Origin: Balanoglossus misakiensis
Lineage: Eukaryota; Animalia; Hemichordata
Length of the DNA: 64,000 bases
NCBI GenBank assembly: GCA_040954595.2
Contig: CM082595.2
Coordinates: 5,172,137 to 5,236,136 of the forward strand
Reading direction: 5' to 3'
Shown: positions 9,401 through 21,369 of the stretch, one piece after another
Layout: each line of letters opens with the position of its first letter
Position numbering within the stretch: position 1 is the stretch's first letter
The notes under the pieces: generated by a model
The model's input: the letters and a program-made list of their open reading frames with translations, nothing else
What the model was told of the DNA's origin: nothing
Database searches by the model: none
Program-made: the position numbers and the translations under genes

Positions 9401-12400
9401 GACCAATACTGAGGCAGGTAATGGCAAACTGTCATATTTAGAAGTGTGGAATCTGATTGGCTAATAAATGAGCACTGTCATTGGTCAACTCAATATTACT
9501 TCCTGGCTAGACTCAAGATATTGTTTTTGTAAACAATCATTTTTACCCTTCCCAAATGTACAATTTAAAAAATAACAATCGATGATGGAACTAAAGCTCA
9601 GTGTGCCACGCGAATGTACCTAAATTTTACAACTGACATATGCTAACCCACTTCCAAGTGACAGAAAACTAGCATATTACAAAATGGCGGAGGCCTGTAT
9701 CTGCGTCTGTCTATGTGACGCGTCTTGCTTGTCGCCCTGTCACGTGAGATGCAGTGATCAGCGAGTTGTATTTCTCTCTACCCTACAGCGATTGCTTGGC
9801 ATCCTGTGCACGAGAATTTATTCAGCAGTGGTGGTTCAGACGGTGCCATTCTTTTCTGGCAAGTTGGGTGAGTATCGCAAATTGGTCTGAGCGGAGAGCA
9901 CACTCTGTGTTTTGTGTTGATCAGATCCTTTTAAGTGTGATTTAGAGAGTGATCTTCACGTAGTCAAGAAAAATAAAAAGTTACGCACCCCAAGTGAATA
10001 AGACAGTGATTGACAAGCTATGGTGCAGCAGAATTCACCAAAGAATTCATTTACCATGGCATCGCAAACTACCAAAAATATTTTGCCCAGCAGTGTACCT
10101 ATATTTTGCACCATTACAAGACAATAAACCTAGGGTATCTTCAGCATGGGCCTTGGCCACACAAGCAGTACAGTATTTTCATGTAGATAGATCATGCTTC
10201 CATTAAGAGGAATCTGATGGCTGGTCTTGTATCGTAGGAACGACAAAGAAGTTGGCGGAATGGAGCAGGCCCATGAAGGAATGGTGTGGAGTCTTGCCTG
10301 GCATCCCCTGGGACATATTCTCTGTTCGGGATCGAACGACCATTCAACGTAAGTTACATACAAGAAGCTGATCATCAAAATGGATGCTTAGCTCAAGTGA
10401 CCTAGTGAGAAAAGGACAAAGTCTCTCTCTGGCTGCCCCTTTTCCATTAATTATGTTTGATACAAGACACTGTTTATGTTATTCTACATGTGGATACATA
10501 GTGAATCAACGTTCAACAACACACACCTTCCACCATGCTTGTTCACACAAGAGTGAAAAAACTCGCCAAAATGAATAATCGGTCTCTACCATTTATTGCA
10601 ATGGCTGAGACATTTCTCCGAACAAACTTAACAGTACATGCATGTTTCTGTGTTTTACAGGAAATTCTGGACCAGAAACAGACCGGGTGACAAAATGAGA
10701 GACAAGTACAACTTGAATTTACTGCCGGCCGGCAGCTCAGAAGAGGCTTTGGAATATGGTTAGTGGTTCATATCGAGACAATGTGTGTTTGAAATTGCAA
10801 TCTGATGTGTGATGGTGCTATTTAGTGTTGTTCAGCTGAATGTGTGTAGCAGTTAAATTCCTATACGCACCTAATGACACCATGAACTGAAACATGAATG
10901 CCAGCGTAGATGATTTAATATAATTTTTATATTTTATGTACTACTTTTAATATCCTTTAATTCAGGTCCAGATATATATAATTATGTCCATATTCATATT
11001 TTAATGTATTGTACATGTTTGTTTGTATTTTTAACAGATGATGAGTCAGTGAACACCCCTCTTATACCTGGCATGGGTCTGGAACATGGATTGCCCGAAC
11101 ATCTCAGAATGAGTGATGGTGAGTTTTTATGCCTCCTTCACCCCTGTCTTGTCTGTGTAGAAACCCGACCACCATATAGAATAGTGATGCAAATGGATGA
11201 ATCCATTATGTGGGGAAGGGAGGGTGGCATAGTCACCACCAATTTACATGCGCCCATATATGGCTGAAATGACGTATTTGAGGGTTCTGTGATTGGCTAG
11301 ACCCCAGTTTTACCATGGTAACTGAATGTACATTCGCATAGGTGACCGTGTATACCTCTAACTTTGCAGATGAAATCAACAATGAAATGGAAGGCGCAGC
11401 CATTCCGGGACTGGGCATCGGCGGCAGTCTGCCCCACCATCACCACCACCACCACCACCACCACTACCAGCAGCAGTTCAAACAAAAGAAAGTGCCCTAC
11501 GCCAAACCCATCCCGGCGCAGTTCAAGAAGCAGTGGGAGAAGCAGCGGGACGCCCCGCTCCTGGAACGGGAGAAGGAGATGGAGAGGGAGAGCAAGCAGA
11601 AGGACTCGCACCAGTCCGAGTCGGAGTCGGCCAACGCGCCCATGCCGCTCATGGCCAATCCCATCGTGCCGTCGTTTGAACAGGGTGAGTTGTGTGCTTG
11701 TTTGTGTTTCAGAGAGTTGTTCCATGACTTTGCTATCGGTCTTAGAGAGACCCCCCCCCCAACATGCACACACATCATAAGCTGGATCACACATGGTGAT
11801 AAACTGGTAAAAACCAGTAAGAAGTCGTTTCTACTGAAAGTAAACAGAGTATGAATGTGCTATATCTGTCGGTATAGTATACCCAACAAAAGTGTCTATA
11901 TCATATGAGAACTCTGTGAATAATATGGAGCCCAAGTTTAACACATGGCTGTACTTTGTGTATAAACCTAATAATATATGTGTACACCTTGATTGACTGT
12001 TCAGTCATTGAATGGAGAGAAAAAAATTGGTGATTAAATTCAGTTTGTTAATTTTATTTATGCCTATTTCTACTTTTACTTTTTTCTTTAGGAAAACAAC
12101 TTGCCATGCAGATGCTGCTGAGTGGAACGAACCCACTTCAACCACCAGGTCCACCGATGCAGGGACCACCAGGACAGGGCCATCCTCAAGGGTCAAGTGC
12201 ACAGGGCCAACCACCATCTCAAGGCATGGGACCACCACCACCGCCACCGCCGAGGCAAGGGCACTCGTCAGTCTACGCCAGCGTCCAAGCCCAGATACAC
12301 GAGAGCATCCGAGGGGGGCCGTCGTCAGGCCCCGGGGGCCAGGGAGGGGCGCCGTTGCCGCGGGAACCGTCTCGGATGAGGGGCCCGAACATGGGACCGG

Positions 12401-13488
12401 GACTCTTGGGAGAAGCCCCGGGCCCCGGCGGGTTCGCTCCCGGAATGAGACCGCCGGGAATGATGATGCCGCCGGACCAGCGCAGGGACGAGGAGGACGA
12501 ACCACCCCCGCCTCCCCCTCCTCCTCCACCGAAGGAGAGCGCCGAGAGACGGGATCCCAGGCAGTACAAAGACAAGGACATGCGGAGTGACCCCCGACTG
12601 ATGAGCGACCCACGACAACAGAGGCACGGACAGAACAACGAAGCCGAGTTCGGACCCAGGGACGTCGACCTGCGCCAGACCATCGGCTACGACAGCATGC
12701 CACCCCAGGACGAAGATCTCCGCGACAGCCGATTCGAGCCCCGCGACCAGTGGGCGCAGCCCCCGAGAGACCTGGACGAGCGGCGGCCATACCCGGGGGA
12801 GCGGTTCTACGGCGATCAAGGCGGCGACGGCTACGGACAGGGTTACCCGCAGGATTTCGACGAGAGAGAGGAGTTCTCCGAGGCGTATCCGGGCGGGCGG
12901 CCGCCACGGGGCCACGGGGAGGCCCTGCTGCCGAACCCCGGCGACCGAGGGCGGGGCTACCCCGGCCGGCAGGGGAGAGGGGGCCCCCCGCCCTCCCGGG
13001 ATCAAGACGAGAGGCGGGGCCCGCCGCAGGATTTCTACAACGACTACGACGAGCGCTCGCGGGGACCGGGCGACCCCAGCAAGAAGCCGCCCTCCCTCCT
13101 GGATCTGCCCCGACTACCGCCCCCGCCCCAGCAGAAACGGCCGTGGGACGACGGGCCCGGAGGCGCGGACGGCCACGGAAGCCGCGGCGATCCCCGGCTG
13201 CGGACTCACGAGGGAATGCCACCACCGCCCAGGGGGATCAAACACGGGCGTTACGAAGACGAAGAGGGCCAGCCGGAGTTCCCGAATCCCTCGGCGAGGT
13301 CGTTTGTGCCGGGCGGTCGCAACGACATGAGTCGCGACCCCCGAACAAGGGGTGGAGGAGGGGGCATAGGTAGAGGGGGTCCAGGTGATAGGGGTAGAGG
13401 TAGAGGGGGTGGTTGGGGTGGGAGGGGTTTAAGAGGCGCCGGTCCCCCAAGCAGAGGCCCTGGAAGAGGGGGGAGGGGAGGCAGGTAG
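3415..13488 (+). CDS. WDR33: WDR33, pre-mRNA 3'-end processing WD40 protein (CPSF subunit)
   Basis: Coding exons: 3415-3621, 3781-3849, 4318-4422, 4811-4906, 5319-5470, 8135-8232, 9032-9310, 9789-9867, 10238-10348, 10661-10758, 11038-11118, 11370-11684, 12092-13488. All are GT-AG and frame-consistent. Diagnostic peptides: [80 protein letters not shown]. Pro/Gly/RGG-rich C-terminus. Confidence 0.97.
4094..4163 (+). ncRNA. Intronic C/D-box snoRNA, copy 1 (SNORD105-like, predicted 18S rRNA 2'-O-methylation guide)
   Basis: Box C ATGATGA 4100-4106, D' CTGA 4120-4123, C' GTGTTGA 4136-4142, guide AGTAAACGTT 4145-4154, box D CTGA 4155-4158, terminal stem GTGCA/TGCGC. Sense strand in a WDR33 intron, with a paralogue in the next intron. 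Confidence 0.8.
4504..4577 (+). ncRNA. Intronic C/D-box snoRNA, copy 2 (SNORD105-like)
   Basis: Box C ATGATGA 4511-4517, D' CTGA 4530-4533, C' GTGTTGA 4549-4555, identical guide AGTAAACGTT 4558-4567, box D CTGA 4568-4571, terminal stem TGTGCA/TGCACA. Boxes and guide are conserved with copy 1 while the spacers diverge. Confidence 0.82.
5951..6422 (+). terminator. Intronic polyadenylation-signal array in WDR33 (10 x AATAAA, upstream TGTA cluster)
   Basis: AATAAA at 6168, 6195, 6235, 6270, 6295, 6309, 6321, 6335, 6352, 6417. TGTA at 5951, 6007, 6024, 6035, 6095, 6103. The motifs are seen directly; their use as cleavage sites is inferred. Confidence 0.7.
8573..8934 (+). mobile_element. MITE family C (TA-flanked, CAGT termini; Tc1/mariner-like) with 73-bp tandem expansion of its right end
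   Basis: TACAGTCGAACCTGT...ACAGGTTTGACTGTA. 73-bp period with units starting at 8672, 8745, 8818, 8891. An unexpanded copy lies in opposite orientation at 31991-32173. Confidence 0.8.
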
Positions 13489-15510
13489 AGGCAAGATTGC
13501 AGATTTTCAAGGCAAAGTAACGTTTATGAGAAGAAGAAAAATTTCAGTTGTCACACGTTAAAATATTTCTGTACATTTTGTCAGGGGTTAAGTTGAACTG
13601 CTTTAAGTTAGATGTAGAAAGGCGTGGCAACTGGTTAAGTACACCAGATGAAGAAGTCACCGAGAAGTATTGTTTATACATGTTTATTTTGGTCATTGAA
13701 ATCTCTGAAAGACTGCCTTTGTTGTTAACTTACTCAGTCTATGTTTAAAGCCAAAGTCAAAATTGCACTGTAGCCTGGGTCTGCCTCTATCAGTGTCACA
13801 TAAGTTTTTGGCAAAGACGCAGATCACATAATGGTTTCTTTGTAATGATATATAAGTTGAGCCCTGGATAAAGGTTTCCTTGTGACGGACCCCGACACCC
13901 ACAACATTGCAAGTTCAGCACTGTACTATTGTGTCATAGACCCCCCTTCGCCTCACCAGTATTTTGATGGACATGTTTTCATCCTTATCGTAAGATTGTT
14001 TTGTAAACACGAGGGACAAACCAATTGTTTTATAAACAAAGTCCATATAAGAGACAGGAAATATCACTGCCATCGAAATGTATGTTAAGGACAACATGTG
14101 TACAATTCAGTTCGAAATGTATGGTCTGATCTTGTGCTTTTGATGATCAGCAATCTAACACGTTAAGGATCTGTTATAAGAATGACCTCACCTATCAGTA
14201 GTAGAAACATTTTTGTCAATTCCAATCATAAACGAAACAGTTCACCACCACAAATTGAAGTCATCACCCCTGTCAATGTACCAAACCAAGAGTGTAATTT
14301 ACCCCTTTGAAAGTAATGCACTCGCAATCTAAAAATTGCGCCCTCAATAGACAAGTGTGACTATTTCCGGGAAAATAGAGATTTCGGGAAAAACCCTCTC
14401 AAGTCATAATTAAGTTTACTAGATTACTATTTACTAGATTGCTAAATCACAGAAACCTGGATGCATAACATTATAGTGAAATAATTACTTGTCACATTTC
14501 TTTGTAACGTGTAAATGCAGCTGTAAGATAAATTCATTTTTTTGGCAAGTTTATACCCGTTGTGATGTTTTGAAACTTCTTTTTCCTTCTGTGCGTGGTA
14601 ACCTGTTGCTTTTTGCGCGCACATGTTCATTGTGAAGGCTAAATACCTGTGCGGATTAAGGTTTGGTCTGACCTCCATATTGTTTATATAGGAGAGGTTG
14701 GTCTAAATTGAGTGAAAATGGGGGTGATAGGGTGCATGAAAGTGAGGGGTAAGAGAAAAGTTCACATGGAATCCTCCAGTGATCAAAACCCAGCTTTGCT
14801 CACTAGACTGTTATTTGCGAGAAAACTCCTAAATAAAATTTGATGCTTTTGTTTTGTTAACACTTTTTCCCCTGAAGTTAAAATAGTAGAAATGTAATTA
14901 CTATTCCAAAATTCAGAAAAGATTTCTTTGGTTTTTTTTTATGGAGAAAATTTCATCCATTGAGAGAACTTTAATAAATAATGTCATTTTGTAAGAAATT
15001 GTGTACGGTGTTGTATGTTTAGATCACTATAAGATTAAAAACCATTTCTTTCCTAGACTGCATGGAATATTTGACTTTGGAGATATATGTAATTTCACAA
15101 TGTGTGAGACTTTTGGATGAAAACAGTGCTCTGAATTCATGGCTGCTATTGCGAATATCAACTATGGGGGTGGGGGGGGGGAGAATGAAATGATATGATT
15201 TTCAATGAAAGAAAAGGCACAATGAGTCTAGATGGGGAATTAAAAAAAAAATTACCTGTGTTTGTTGTTGCTTGTTTTAAAGGGTCACTGTACCTGGCAT
15301 ATCAGCATTTCCTGATTTTACGTTGAAGGTTAGGGGAAATCTGTCGGAGGGGAAATGAGAAAAAAAACTGCAAAGGTCAACACTTCCAACTTGATCTGAA
15401 ATTGGCAGACACAGGTGTGACAAAGTCCTGTGCCAAGAATTATGCATCTCATAGCAACTCAATATCCAACACAAAAAATGCCAGCAAAAATATAACACCA
15501 CCGGAAAGAA

Positions 15511-15721
15511 TACTGTAAAACACTTTATTTTCGCGAGCAATAAATTTTCGCCAAATACGCGAGAGCCAAAATAGCGTGAAAACAAAAAGTCGCATAAATT
15601 TTTTTTAAGATAATGATGAAGTGAATAAAACAAGAGAACGCGAAAATTAATACTCGCGAAACAGTGGCCTCTCTTGATATCGCAAACATTTTAACTCGCG
15701 AAAATAAAGTGTTTTACAGTA
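15511..15721. mobile_element. MITE family D (TACTGTAAAACAC...GTGTTTTACAGTA)
   Basis: Long TIRs and TA flanks. Near-identical copy at 57837-58046; fragments at ~49599 and ~55651. Confidence 0.85.
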
Positions 15722-16074
15722 TGTCAACTATAAGTTTATGACGAGGGCCATAATCATGATAATGAGAGGTTTCTTATCATGCATATTTTATTCCACAGCA
15801 GGTAAATTAAGAGTTGTTAAGGATGTACGAAACAGTCAGCTATCAGCCAGCCAGCCGCGAGCAAAAAAACAGCCAATCAGGAAAAAATTACTAGTAGGCA
15901 AGTGATAAAACGCTTCCCATATCTTGCCATCCTCCCACTTCTGCCCTGCAGCAGACGGGTCCATGTGAAACAACCAACCCGCCCACCTACACTAAACAGG
16001 GATCTCTCCTCATCTCTGATCGGGGTTTTCCCCGAAGAAACAAACAATCAAGAGAGAAAAATCATATCTTGTCT

Positions 16075-16167
16075 TAGCTCTGCGTACAGGTCTGTGTGTT
16101 CCCGGCGTTACACGGCCTCCACCACGCCGTGTAACGCCGGGAACACGCAGACCTGTACGCAGAGCTA
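16075..16167. mobile_element. 93-bp palindromic TAGC...GCTA element with 9-bp TSD
   Basis: Near-perfect hairpin flanked by the direct repeat ATCTTGTCT (16066-16074 and 16168-16176). A related copy is at 18936-19026. Confidence 0.85.
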
Positions 16168-16775
16168 ATCTTGTCTTCACTCACTAACACACAGTAAATA
16201 AATAATGGGCATCCGTTGTCCTGTGGCAAAGGTAACGAACTCACATTCGGAAGATTGTGGGTCAAACTGGCTATGGTACGCCCTTGAGCAAGGAATTAGG
16301 GATCTCGTTCATTTGATGACCGATAGAGTAAAAAAAAATGACACACCGTGTTTAAGAATAAAAATTACTTTACTTTTGACGCAACTGGAGAAACCCCAAA
16401 ACTGTACATGAATACTGAAAAGTACAATTTAAATACCAAAAACATTCATGACTATGTATTCGGTCTACTTTGGTCAATCAGGTGTAGATTTGTGTTGCAT
16501 GTCTACTCTGTGATGAAAAACCATTTTAATATTTTTACAATGGGGAGGAAGTCATATTTACAACAGATGTATACCATGTTGCTATGGCAACTTTGAACAT
16601 ATACCATGTTGCTATGGCAACTTTGAACAATCCAGCTGACGTAGATTTCTGTGCGTGCCCGTTTTTTTCTTTCTCCTGCATGGACTCGGAAATTGAACAG
16701 ACACACTGATGTATGCAGTCAGCGACAACTTTTTGTCAATAAATGTCCAGAAATATTTTCTGTCTGTGACCAATC

Positions 16776-18378
16776 TCAAGCTTCGGTGAGATCGTCGTTG
16801 AAATAAAGATGGATTGCCGGCAGGAATTCGTCATCATTCATGCTCAGTTTGTAGAATTCTTCATCTTCGTCGGCCACTCCGTTTTCCTCCAGGGTCTTGT
16901 TCATGTCCAAGTTGTTTCCGTCGTACTTCCAGGTGTAGCTGTCGGCGTGTGCATTGTACTTCAAATATCTGTCGAGAATTTCCGTCATTATTTCTTCCGA
17001 GCACACCTGGTGGGAAAGGAATTGTGGAGTCAATGAGTCTGTAAGCAACTTGGGGGGGGGGGGGGAGTATGTGAAGGTTGTAACTTTTCACTGTTTTTCG
17101 TGATCAAATTCATGACATATGGTGAAACGCCCAGCATTTAGCTTAGCAACACAACGTATGTGTGTATAGTCAGCACTGTTATTGTACATACAGGCTATGT
17201 TGACGAGTCATTTTTGCGCCAGCATAAATCAGTTGATCTCAGAGTGCTATGAAACCGTAGACTATATTGTATTGAAGATCAGCATGGCTATACTATAAAC
17301 TGAACAGCTGTTATCTGAAGTATTAAATCTTGGAGAAACTTTGAAAAGTGTAACAAGCGCTACACTACTGAGAATGTGGTTATTTGTTGTGTACCTCGAT
17401 AACTTGTTCTTGTGACGTGAGAGTGTTGATTACTTTGATGAACCGGGTCTTCTTTGATAAAATTCCCACATTGAAGCCGTCGTCCTTCCACCAGGGTCTT
17501 CCGAAATCGTTTGCCCAGTCTGTCCTCGGGCACGCCGGCGGAATATGCAGGAATCTGCCGTGTGGGGTGAAGGCAATTTTACAGCTGGTTGTGGGGTCGA
17601 TGTGAGTACGAATCTGTGGGGGGAAATCACGGAATATAAATCAGCACTGCAAAAGGACAACTTGCATGAGGAAAAACAATGCGTTCTCAACCACTTTAAA
17701 GGTACAAAGTCACCTATGCAAATTCAATCACTGTGATACCATGGAAAATTCAAATTTAGCCAATCACGGAATTTCAGTGGGTGGCACACACATAAAAAGG
17801 GCACCATCACATGGTTATTCGAACACGTAGACACACCCTTTTGACCATATATAGGCATATGTAAAGTAGAGGTGACCGTATACCTTTAAAGCTACAATAC
17901 CCATAACTGGGAGAGTTTTTGAAATCCTACTCACATCCTTACTCTTTGGATCAAACCAATGTGATATATCTTTACCAGCGGACACTACTATGGGTTTCAG
18001 CAACACATCACCTGTTGAAATGAAACCACAACAAAGCATGTTTTTATTTTGATATGTACACACTGAAAGTCTGAATGCCCACGGGTGATGAATCAAAATT
18101 GAGGTGAAATCCAGTTGCACTTCGGAGTTCGTGTATCACACCTTTACCGTTGCCATTGTCCAGGCGGTCAAAAAAGCGGTTCGGTTGTCTCAAAACATAG
18201 ACTGTCTGTCAGTCTTCGTGATGTACTTTTTACAATGAGCGTGTTGATAAATTTCCTTACCTTGGTGTTTCTCGCAGAGCGGCGTCAGATCGTAAACTTT
18301 GCCGAGAAACGAAACCCAGCAGTCTTTTAGGGTATTGTGCACCGCGACTTCGTTCGGTGTGTAATATTTCGGCCTCAT
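16776..18378 (-). CDS. CYB5D1: Cytochrome b5 domain-containing protein 1 (ciliary/axonemal)
   Basis: Exons 18378-18261, 18011-17935, 17613-17395, 17006-16776. Peptides [67 protein letters not shown], and C-terminal [10 protein letters not shown]. Confidence 0.95.
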
Positions 18379-18467
18379 TTTCTCTCTTGTCTTGGTTTGT
18401 TTACGAACTTCGACGGTACAACACCACCACGGGATATATGCGGTGATTTCGACTTCACCAAGCGCTT

Positions 18468-18480
18468 GTTGCTAAGACAC
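18468..18480. promoter_or_regulatory. RFX X-box-like motif in the CYB5D1/NAA38 divergent promoter
   Basis: GTTGCTAAGACAC (strong TAGCAAC half-site on the minus strand), about 90 bp upstream of the CYB5D1 ATG. Confidence 0.45.
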
Positions 18481-18716
18481 ATAATAAAACGCCCGTATGC
18501 ATAACCTTTGACCCAAAATATAATCGACTCATTTCTTTCGCGTGCTGCCTATCCTTGTATTTTTTGTAAGGGGTACGTCAAGATTAGAATTATTTTAATA
18601 AAATAGGGTTTATTTTTAAATTGTGAAATGTATTCTTTATTTTTCAAACACTGCGGAACCTAGGGGAGTTAAATTACTGGAGAAAATACGGATAACAAAC
18701 AAACGCCAGACTGAAA

Positions 18717-19835
18717 ATGGCGGACGACGTAAACCGGGTGAGTTTCTTTTTTCGCATTCGTGACAACTGCCATGCCTGTTCATGTGTTTAGAATGAAGTC
18801 GAATTTCAAAATATAGTGCGAAGAGGGAAGACAATGCTTGTCTTTTTCTGTAATGGCTAGAAATTGATAGATTGCTGTAAGGGACTCGTGATCGTGTTGG
18901 GCTGTCACCAGCAAGCTCTGTGTGCATACTATTACTAGCCCTGCGTACAGGTCTGTGTGATCGCGGCGTTACACGGCCTCCGCCACCGTGTAACGCCGGG
19001 AGCACGCAGATCTGTACGCAGGGCTATGTGTGGCTGGGATGTGACTGTGTGCTAGGCTGTCTGAGTGTCACGATCACTCAGTGGTGAGACGATGTACCAC
19101 AGGCGTCGGAATCTCACAGCTAGCTGGGGTAGCCTGATTCAAATCGTTGATAATTCGCGGATCGAATCAGGATACCCCAGCAGTGTGATTCCGACGCCTG
19201 TGCAATGTACGCGTACGAGATAACCATTCTTGGTTTTCGATTTTCTGGACTACATAATGGAAGCTCTACTTTTTATAACTTTCAGAAGGGCTCTGGTGAT
19301 GCGGCAAGCAGCGACTCCGACGGTCGTCATAAGCTGCGCAGTTGGCTGAACAAGAGGATGAAAATCTGCATGACTGATGGACGTACTCTGATTGGAACCT
19401 TCCTGTGCACCGACAAAGACAGAAATGTTATTCTTGGGTCTTGTGAAGAATATGTCAACCCTCCGGGTGAGTTTAACTACCCAGCATTTGGCGGGGTTAA
19501 TTTTTATGATAGCTAAGCCGTCAAGTGAGAACCAGAACTTCCTGACAAGAGAAAGATGTAAATCATTTGCTGAGTGAAAGACCTGCTGTGTTACTGCACC
19601 AAGTACATGTATTACATGGGTTAGCTGCAATGAATTAAGCAGTTGCAACTCTTTTTATGGACTGGACTGGAGATCGCCGAGGTTCATAGATCACTAAAGT
19701 TGTACATGTTCTTTTTTTTTAACAGAAAGCGAAGAAAAAGAAGACCCCAGAGTCTTAGGTCTGGCCATGGTTCCTGGCCCTCACATTGTGTCTATACACG
19801 TAGACCAGTACACTCCGATGCAAGCTGTTGTATGA
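18717..19835 (+). CDS. NAA38: NAA38/LSMD1, NatC auxiliary subunit (Sm-like fold)
   Basis: Exons 18717-18737 (MADDVNR), 19286-19466 (LRSWLNKRMKICMTDGRTLIGTFLCTDKDRNVILGSCEEY), 19726-19835 (EDPRVLGLAMVPGPHIVSIHVD). Confidence 0.93.
19098..19202. mobile_element. 105-bp hairpin element with 8-bp TSD (hAT-like)
   Basis: CACAGGCGTCGGAATC...GATTCCGACGCCTGTG, flanked by CGATGTAC / CAATGTAC (one mismatch). Inner arms GCTGGGGTA-GCCTGATTC / GAATCAGG-ATACCCCAGC. Confidence 0.7.
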
Positions 19836-20656
19836 TGCAGGTGGTGAACTTGAAGGGGAAGGAACATTCAATGCAGCTTTGTGTTTTACATTGTGGACAT
19901 CCAGACACAAAAGGCATTGCAAGTGTTAAAGAATGTCTTTTGTATATCGAGATTTGGAGACCTCAGAGTTGTAGCCAGTGCTGATGGTGTGTTGATAAAC
20001 AGAAATGTCATTTATGCTGAAAACCACGCATATTTTCTTTAATATCCAGCAAAAGAAATATTAGACTTCATCATGATTTTTGTACAAGTTTTTATTGCGA
20101 CAACAAAGGTACTACATGACTTGTATTTACTACAGTTATTTCTGATGATGAGCCCTGGGAGATTAATTGTAAAATCGCGATAATCAGGAAATTGGCAAGT
20201 GAACACCCAGAATCCTTTAATCGACCAGGGCGATATTTTGCCCAAATGATACACTGCCAGCTACCCACTCACAATGGAATTAATGATCAAATGAACTCGC
20301 TTCTCAGACATTGTCTGTAACTGAATACATACATTTAATTTGTCTGTTTTCTACTTGTTGTGTACAACGTTCTGAGATTTTTTTTAATGGAAACCGTTTT
20401 TAATAAATAAATAAATATTATTATTTATTATTACCGTATAACATGCCAGAGCAAAAATATCAATCCAAAAAGTCGCTCACAAGCCCATGAGCGACCTTTT
20501 TGGGTGAGCCCGTTAACAAAAAAAATGGGTTTGTGTATATCATCGGTAGTTCTTTTTCAAATAGTCCAATCAAAGTTTGAAAGTAAAATCGTGGAGACAA
20601 TGCGGGAACAAGTGGCAGCTCATGAAGCCGAATTAAAGGTATACAGTCACCTCCAA

Positions 20657-21001
20657 TTAAAGGGACAAAGTCTCTCTCTCGCTGCCCCTTTTCCATTAAT
20701 TATGTTTGATACAAGACACCCTTTATGTCATTCTACATGTGGATATATAGTGAATCAGCGTTCGACCACACACAACTTGCAGACACGGGAGTGAAAAACT
20801 CACCAAAATGAATAACCGGTGTTTACCATTTATTCATTTTGGCGAGATTTTTACTCTCATACCCTACAAACGGGATGGAAGGTGTGTGCGGTTGAATGTT
20901 GATTCACTATATATCCACATGTAGAAAAACATAAACGGTGTCTTGTATCAAACATAATTAATGGAAAAAGGGGCAGCGAGAGAGAGACTTTGTCCCTTTA
21001 A
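20657..21001. mobile_element. MITE family B (~340-bp foldback, TTAA-AGGGACAAAGT termini; Kolobok-like), nested in a family A copy
   Basis: The whole element is an imperfect palindrome. Other copies: ~10411-10600 (partial), ~27083-27340, 33018-33329, ~34800-34835 (end only), ~36330-36561, 43357-43732, and a minimal derivative at 45275-45310. Confidence 0.87.
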
Positions 21002-21369
21002 CATATGCCCATATATGGCTGTAATGGTGTATTAGCGCGTTCTAAAGAACATATGGTGGTGCTCCTTTTTCGCGTGTGCCACCAACTGTAAATCTGTGAT
21101 TGGCTAGATCTCAATTTGCCATGGTAACTATGCCTAATTTTCCATAGGTGACCGCATACCTTTTAAACAATGTGCAATTTTCTCAGTATGACATTACACT
21201 GTAAAATATAAGTATATCTTATAACATTTAAAACACACTACAGGAGACTATTAAGTATTATGTAGACCATGAATAGAATAAGCTCAATGCAGATAGCGTT
21301 TTGGGAGTTGTTGTTGCTGCTGCTGCGACTGTGGCTGCGGCGGTCGTTGTTGTTGTTGTTGTTGTCTAG

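Noticed and set aside
11350-11369. MITE end supplying a branch point (CTCTAAC) to the WDR33 acceptor at 11369
   Set aside because: The putative branch A is only ~9-10 nt from the AG, too close for a typical U2 branch point.
12005-13510. Long overlapping ORFs (406 aa, 226 aa, 207 aa, 192 aa) across the WDR33 last exon
   Set aside because: These are shadow frames of a very GC-rich Pro/Gly/Arg-coding exon, with no independent splice or start signals.
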